From positions 1 through 19,822 of the forward strand of contig CAXIUT010000045.1 in NCBI GenBank assembly GCA_964035545.1: DNA of 19,822 nt, written 5' to 3'. Both the position numbers and the translations under genes were made by a program. Of this stretch, positions 12,931 to 19,822 are shown in pieces. The DNA is from Bugula neritina. Its lineage: Eukaryota > Animalia > Bryozoa. The first letter of the stretch is position 1. The number at the start of each line of letters is the position of its first letter. Below the pieces are notes generated by a model. The model made no database searches. It was not told where the DNA came from and saw nothing but the letters and a program-made list of their open reading frames with translations.

Positions 12931-14036
12931 TCAATTCGCTTTATTATCCAATCTGATCATACTCATTGCCACAGGCTTAGTAGTTTTCTAGTCTTTTGAA
13001 CTAAATACTGAACCTCCTCCTCCTGCAGCTGATACTAATCCTTCGTAACTTTAGCTCACTAATTTCTTACAATTCTATGAAACATTCTATAGTATTTAGT
13101 ATCGCTTCTCTAATTGCTTCTATTATTATTTCAAAATATTTCTCTACTACAATAGTTTTTATCTAAATTTTTTCATTATTTCTTTTTTCCAACATCCTTT
13201 CTTATCTGCTTCATCACAACAAACACTCCCTTCAGTTTGATTCATCTTATTCTATATAGCTATTCTTATCTGATTAAGACTATTTTATATTTATTTCATT
13301 CGTGTGTATATTCCATCAGTAAATTCTTTAAGTTTTTATCCTCTTTTCTTAGCCTACTGATGCATTTTCTATTTAAATATCAAAGTTTTTTCCATCTTAT
13401 GAAGAATTATTTATTTCTACATTACTTGATCATTCTTTTTCTTCCACTTCTTTTTCTATTACTAAAAATATTAAGCCTTTATTATGTAAGGTCCTATCTA
13501 CTATTTTAATTTCATTAGTTAATTTTGTTTCCTTTATCAGTAAATATATACATAATGATAGTCAAAGACAACTATTAATTTTATTTATTGATTTTCTATA
13601 AACTTTTAGTCAAATTCTAACACTCTTTTTGTTTATTATTAATAACATAATTTCTAACAGTTTCATACGTCTATTCAGAACAATTACTTTTAACCTATTT
13701 AAGTGCAGAATTAACCATACCTGATTCAAACTATTAAGTAAATTTACTTTTAATAAAAGACTAATCATCAAAATAATTATAAACACTACTAATATGACTA
13801 ATATTTGAATCTATTGGTAGTACCTACATTGAAAAAGCTTATCTTTTATTATTCTTTCTCACTCTTTATTTTATTTACTACATCAATTCACTCTGTTCTT
13901 GAATAAGCAATTGATCATTGACCATATTTCCTTTTTATGACTCGATATATTGCTTCAAAATACTACTTCTAGCCTAGATCCATTCCTTCTACTGATAAAG
14001 ATTACTACCCTCACTTTATAATTTACTGTTGATCAT
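12931..14036 (-). CDS. Hypothetical coiled-coil protein, about 361 aa
   Basis: ATG14036, 20-nt intron 13532-13551, TGA12931-12933; 1086-nt CDS rich in K/E/Q. Confidence 0.7.
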
Positions 14037-14093
14037 GTTATATTATGTAAAATAACTCTTATCAATCTAAATATTTAAAGAAAATAGAAGATA

Positions 14094-14534
14094 TCATTCC
14101 TACTGCTTCAAATTTTATTATGAATGAATATCTGGTTTGCTCTTTTATAAACTTCCATCATAACGAATGTTAATAGTTTTGTTTTTTAATTCTTTTCGTT
14201 GATTTTTTAAGAAATCATTAAACTATTGTTTTCCTACAGTTTTATTCAAACTAGAAGATACAGGCTTAACTGAATGATACTGCTATCGAATATCTTCTTT
14301 ATTTCTTGTTCTTTTTAGTCTGAATTTATTAGAAGCATTGAGTTGACCCTGATCAATCATTTTGCATAGATCTTTATCTAAGATTTAATTTTTTCTATTG
14401 ACTACTTTGGTCTTAACTAGACAATATCTATTTTTTTTACTAGCAAAGAAATATTAGAGATGTTTATCTACCAATGCGTTGTATGGTATTTTTCTAGATT
14501 GAAGTGGTTATATTTTAAATTGTTTTTTCTGCAT
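14094..14534 (-). CDS. Small basic protein, 146 aa, with an ERICH3-N-terminus-like motif (possibly ciliary)
   Basis: ATG14534 to TGA14094-14096, no intron. YNALVDKHLEYFF..K.RY.LVKTKVV resembles the YNSLxDKHLxxYF motif I recall from the ERICH3 N-terminus. Confidence 0.6.
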
Positions 14535-14654
14535 TTATTATATCTATCAAACTATTTTCCCTTTTAAATGATAATTTAAAGAACCTAAAATAGAATATTT
14601 AAATAAGATCTTTATCATTTTTGTATAACTTATTTAGCATAAATTGATTTGAAT

Positions 14655-16674
14655 ATGAGACCAATCAGACCAGGACAAAAAAGAAATCAAAATACTAAGC
14701 CCAATGTAAATCCACCTTCATCTAGAATAGAAGAGGACAAAATAATCCTGACATCATCCACCCGACTAATATCAACATTGTCAATGAATAGTAAGATGAC
14801 TAAAATCAAGTACTTATACAACCACTCAGAAACTTGCTTAAGTTAATCGCCTCTCAGCCGCCTAACTAAACCTGACCATCACCAGAACCCTTGTGGTCTC
14901 CAATCCTCAAGCTTAACCCAATAAAGTTAACTATGACTATCTGTAACGAAAAAATAAAGTCAATGATTCTATCGATCAACTTGTCATGCATCTATCCTGT
15001 GAAGGAGACTACGTCCACACCGGATCTAACGAATATAAAATTCAAGAAGAAATCTAACACATTAGAAAAACAAAATTCTAAGCAGCTAAAAGACAAGCAG
15101 AACAAGAAGAACCTGGATCAGGAAAAAATGTTGAAGCCATCAAACAAGCTTTAAAAAATAAATTTGATTACAAAAATAGAGAAGTACAAACTATCTATGC
15201 TCCTATCAAAGAAAGAGGAGCAGCTACATGTCCTCCTATTACTAACAATCTAAGAGGAGAGGTCACTCAATGGGAAATGTGGGATAGTTATATTGATTAA
15301 TTCAAGAAATAAAATAAGGATGATGAAAAAGACAACAAGGAAAAGAAAGAAAAGAAGAAAGGCTAATCTTCTGGCGGAAGATATTCAACTTCATTCAAAA
15401 GATGCATGAAAATCATGGAAAGAATGATTAGACAAAACGAGGAAGATAAAAAATATAATGACTATAAGTACTATTGGCAAGAAGGATAAGAAGCTCAGAC
15501 ACAAGAAGGAGAGTTACTACCTATTTGGAGGTTAAGTTATTAAAAGAAAAAGAAACATGTCACCTCTATCTCTTGGAATCCTAAATATAAAGATCTTTTT
15601 GCCATCTCACTTGGAAGCTATGATTTCTCTAAGCAAAAAGCTGGTCAAATTCTTGTTTGGTCCCTTAAAAATGTCACTTTCCCTGAGTACAAGTATGAAA
15701 GTTTGCCAACTGGAGTTATGTGTGTTGACTGGCATCCTTCATCTCCTGCCCTCTTAGCTGCTGGACTCTATGATGGTACTGTCCTTGTTTTTGATGTAAG
15801 AAATAAACATAATAAACCCATTTATTAGTCAACAGTTAGAACCCAAAAGCATACAGATCCAGTGTGGCAGGTTAGATGGAATCCTGATACAGATAAGAAA
15901 TTCAACTTTTATTCAATTTCATCAGACGGAAGAGTGATGAACTGGAGTCTAATGAAAAATAAACTTGAACCTGATGAAGTATTCAAACTGAAACTGACAG
16001 GATAAAAAGAGGAAGAAACTTCTTTTATCGGTCTAGCATGTGGATTATGCTTTGATTTTAACAGATTTGATAACTTCTCATTCCTAGTCGGCACTTAAGA
16101 AGGTAAAATCCATAAATGTTCCCTCGCATATTCAGGTCAATACCAAGAAACATACAAAGGCCACTTACTTGCAGTTTACAAAATCAAATGGAACCATTAT
16201 CACCCTACAACTTTCATTTCTGCATCTGCTGATTGGACCATTAGAGTCTGGGATTCAACCTATCCCCAAGCACAAGTCATGATTTTCGATATGGGAATGA
16301 TAGTCGTTGATGCTATGTGGGCTCCTTACTCATCTACTGTTTTTGCATGTGCTACTCTTGAAAAGATATTTGTCTATGACCTCGATGTTGATAAACACAA
16401 AGCTTTAGCAGAAAAGAAACCAGTCAAAAACCCAAAACTTACCAACTTGACATTCAATTCCAAAGACCCAATTGTCCTTCTAGGAGACACATTCGGTGGT
16501 ATTACAGTTATTAAACTTTCTCCAAACTTGTTGAAGAGAGGACCAGAAATAAAGAAGAACGTTGAGAATCCAAAGAACCAACCTCCTCCACCAACTGAAG
16601 AAGAAATTCGCGCATACGAGAAGAAGAAGATGGACGACTTGATTTCCTTGGTATCCAAGTGGGAAAGAGATTGA
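14655..16674 (+). CDS. DNAI1: Axonemal outer-arm dynein intermediate chain (DNAI1/IC78 type, WD40), about 659 aa
   Basis: Motifs KIMERMI.QN, LLPIWR, VTSISWNPKYKDLFA.SLGSYDF, LAAGLYDGTV, KHTDPVWQV.W, SISSDGRV, FLVGTEEGKIHKCS and FISASADWT. Introns 14706-14725 and 14810-14829 give a 1980-nt CDS. Confidence 0.93.
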
Positions 16675-16768
16675 ACGAAGCAATGATCTAGATCATTTAT
16701 ATATATACTTTGAAAATAAATGGATAAAATCTATTCCTGTAATATTATACTCATCTATAATATCACAA

Positions 16769-16861
16769 TGGGGTTGGGGTTGGGGTTGGGGTTGGGGTTG
16801 GGGTTGGGGTTGGGGTTGGGGTTGGGGTTGGGGTTGGGGTTGGGGTTGGGGTTGGGGTTGG
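16769..16861. repeat. (TTGGGG)n tract: right telomere of the first minichromosome, internal in this sequence
   Basis: About 15 perfect G4T2 repeats starting about 95 bp after the dynein stop, in right-end orientation. Confidence 0.95.
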
Positions 16862-16862
16862 C

Positions 16863-18063
16863 AGAGTTATTGATCCTGAAGCAGATCCATCAAAAGGGTT
16901 TTATACTTATCTTGTTTCAGGAAGTGATGATCTTGGTGCCTTCGAGATCAGAAGAAGATATAATGATTTTTACTATTATAGAGAAGCATTAGTGAAGAAA
17001 TGGCCAGGTATTTATATTCCGCCTATTCCATAAAAAAAAATAGCAGTACCTTTTTTATTATTGAGGGAAATAAAGATGCCTAGAATATTGAAATTCGAAA
17101 GAAATATTTCGATTTCTTTTTAAAAAGATTAGCTAAAATTAAACACCTCTTCACATGTCCAATAACTCGATAATTTTTAAGAAACAAAGGCATTTAAATG
17201 TAAAAAGTAAATCTTATTTAAAAATAGTTTTATTCAACGATGATTCCACCCAAATATAATGAGTTAGTTAGTTAATACAAAGCAATCTACTCGAAACTGA
17301 ATCTATAAAACAACAATTATAATAAATAACTAAAAACTTCAATTCAAGGATTTGGATCTTTCCTTAAAAAGGCATAAAAATAATTAGACAGCCTTAAATC
17401 TCAAGTTGAAGTTATAGTGGAAGCAAGAAATGGATTCACTCAAAACCTAAGTACATTATACATAATATAGATAACTGCAATACCACTTTATTACCTTAAT
17501 ATTAGAAAAATATTTATTCAGAATATCTTCCATAAGAACAAAAGAAATAACCAAATCTCATCTTTGTAGATAACAAAAATGTTCAAACCAGTGTACAAAC
17601 TCTCAAAGATACATCAACAGTTAACTCCTTTGCTGTTTGTCTCGATCATATCAGTTATTAAATTCTCGAAGTAAAAGCTATGGAAGAAGCTCTAAAAATA
17701 AAGTAAAAATATTAACTAGATCAAACATCAAAGTAAATTGAGCTATCATAAAAAAAGACAGAACTAGCAAAACTAAAAGAAGGAAAGACAACTTTCAAAT
17801 CAATATTTTCTTTAGGATCAAAAACAGATCAAATTCAAAAAATTTAACTAGACATTCCATAAATGTAAAAATCAATAGCTCATTTATTAAATTTCAACTA
17901 AATTTTAACAACTATTTTCGGAAAGTCATAAATGCCCACATTCAAAAGAAACAAACAAATACAATACTATCGAATGATGTACTAAATTTCATAAAACTAA
18001 ATTAAATACTTAGCCTCTTATGGATAATTCATGAAAAGTGTTATGCAAGGTCTCAATAAATGA
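16863..18063 (+). CDS. PX-domain sorting-nexin-like protein, 5'-truncated
   Basis: RRRYNDF, WPGIYIPPIPEKK, IEIRKKYFDFFLKRL, then a helical region with GKTTFKSIF. Introns 17046-17065 and 17451-17470, plus a possible 21-nt intron 17207-17227. TGA18061-18063. There is no start codon because the frame begins at the telomere junction. Confidence 0.88.
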
Positions 18064-18089
18064 TAAATAGCAAAATTAGTCTTATCAAT

Positions 18090-19578
18090 TCATATTATAA
18101 GTTTCCTATTTAGTATCTACTCATTATATAACTTTTTATTCGATATCCTGATCTCATTATTGTGAGATTTAGGCCTAGGCTTCCAAAGTATCCCCTTATT
18201 TCCACTTTGATCAGTCGTCTCCACACATCTCTTATCACTCGAATAATTCAATAACTGTGATTACTCAAATCGGCTCGAATTTTCATCAATTGTGGCAAAT
18301 ATATTTACACGAGCAGAATTAACTTCAGGAATATGAGATTTAAAGCGACTCGATGACTGCTAAATCAGATACTCTTCTCTACATATTTAATCATTTGGTC
18401 TGTTTCTTTTGGCTGAAGCATCCAAATCACATTCAGATAAAGATATTCCACAATTAAGAGAAACAAATGGAATCGATGATATCTGTCTTTATCCATTATT
18501 TGTAAATTCTTCGTTGGTTATTTTAAGTTTTTTGTCTATATTTCATCAAAATTACTTGATTTAGACATAAAAGATAATTTTTTAGTTGATTTTACACCTG
18601 AAATCTTTGACTACTGATGTTTAAGGACTCTTTCTTACTCAGGATTAAATTCCAGTTGAATTATATGTGTCTTTTGTTGAGGTTTAGGTCTGCCATTTAG
18701 AGTTATCTATCCGTTCATACTCTAAAAGTTTGTAATTGGAGGACTTTCCTCTCTTTTCCCTTTTAACTATGCTTGCTTTTCAGCATAATTTTACTTTATT
18801 TGCTTATCTCGTCGTTAATTCTACATTTATAAACTAGTACAATAGCCTTTTTCTTTTCTTACTCTCTCTCTTGCATTAATTATTTAGCCTATCGTTATTT
18901 TTTCTAAATCCTTAGCTTATCAGTAGCTTAGTTTTCTTCTTTGATGTAAATTGGAATTTCATCAACTTTTACAAATCTCTTTTTTGTTTTTTTAACAGGG
19001 GAATAGGATTTTCTCTTTTTATTATCACTTGTCATAGCTCTTTTTTCCTCTTTTAGCGCAAGTTAATTATCCTTATTCATAAAATTATTCGATCTTTGCT
19101 GAACCCTTCCAGTTTGCATCGTCATCGGTCGTTACTTATTTTTCAGTTTCATGCTTTATTCTAATTTGGAGTTGATAAACAAGCTATCACATATGTTTTA
19201 TTGATTTTTATGATGAGTTCCAATTGACTTTTGACTCATAGCATTGGTTTAATATTTAGTACTTTTTCCAATAGTTGTATTTTTGAAGCTCAGAGATGAA
19301 AAAGTTCCATTTTGTCTTTTAGGAAACAACCTTCCAGGTGCACTGGTATCTACTTGTACAGGTTTAACTACACCTAAAGGTATATGTTCTATTTTTTATT
19401 TGGTTGGTTTAGCGAACTAGTAAAAGTTGAAATTATTAAGCAGTGAATGATTAGTTTTTTTATAGATGTGATCAGGTACTTTTTTTTAGAGATATTTCTA
19501 ATAGAGTTGCTAAGCCCCCTTATCAACTACTATATCTATCGTATTAGTCACAGAATGAATAGCATAGTTTCTTTGCAT
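18090..19578 (-). CDS. Hypothetical basic protein, about 482 aa
   Basis: ATG19578, 20-nt introns 18821-18840 and 18536-18555, TGA18090-18092; 1449-nt CDS with no internal TGA. Confidence 0.68.
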
Positions 19579-19724
19579 TGATATTGACTACTTTGTAAAT
19601 ATATTTATAATCTTCAATATTCAAGTAATAACCAATCTATATCATCATTAGATTCCATTTTCATATCTATTTTGATTCTTTAACATGGCAATAATATATA
19701 TCGTATATTTTAATATTACAAATA

Positions 19725-19822
19725 GGGGTTGGGGTTGGGGTTGGGGTTGGGGTTGGGGTTGGGGTTGGGGTTGGGGTTGGGGTTGGGGTTGGGGTTGGGG
19801 TTGGGGTTGGGGGGGTTGGGGG
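19725..19822. repeat. Terminal telomere (TTGGGG)n of the second fragment
   Basis: G4T2 repeats run to the end of the window, with one G6 variant near the tip. Confidence 0.97.

Noticed and set aside
12494-13509. Hydrophobic plus-strand ORFs (12494-12745, 13237-13509) and similar short track ORFs
   Set aside because: They are antisense or off-frame shadows of K/E-rich genes on the other strand.
16720-16992. ORF with a (GL)n repeat in the supplied track
   Set aside because: It is the translation of the telomeric TTGGGG tract.
109-18063. Standard ciliate code (table 6, TAA/TAG=Gln)
   Set aside because: TAA repeatedly falls on conserved Glu residues (GTEEG, PEKK, FEK, YEEA, LFEAI).
109-19578. 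TGA read-through or a fully ambiguous stop code
   Set aside because: After splicing, no clean gene has an internal TGA and all end at TGA.
19579-19724. Possible N-terminal extension or small gene from ATG19686
   Set aside because: TGA codons block all three minus-strand frames; treated as subtelomeric non-coding DNA.
1-19822. Prokaryotic systems, CRISPR arrays, transposons, IES-like insertions
   Set aside because: No repeat-spacer array, transposase motif or terminal inverted repeats were seen; nearly all sequence is explained by genes, tiny introns and telomeres.

Overview
AT-rich eukaryotic DNA from a ciliate macronuclear genome. Positions 1-16861 form a complete telomere-to-telomere minichromosome with (CCCCAA)n and (TTGGGG)n ends, carrying 9 protein genes and a tRNA-Glu. 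A second fragment (16862-19822) is joined after the right telomere; it starts inside a PX-domain gene and ends in its own telomere. The supplied ORF track is misleading: TGA is the only stop, and TAA/TAG are sense codons. At conserved positions in six unrelated proteins TAA aligns with Glu, not Gln, which points to a peritrich-like code. The meaning of TAG (Glu or Gln) is unresolved and could be a split code. Genes carry tiny introns: 16 of 17 are exactly 20 nt, and all 17 start GTA, end AG and have an A at -6. Two head-to-head genes (about 6.9-9.5 kb) contain many single-base frameshifts. All translations, alignments and counts were done by hand, and homologue motifs are recalled from memory.
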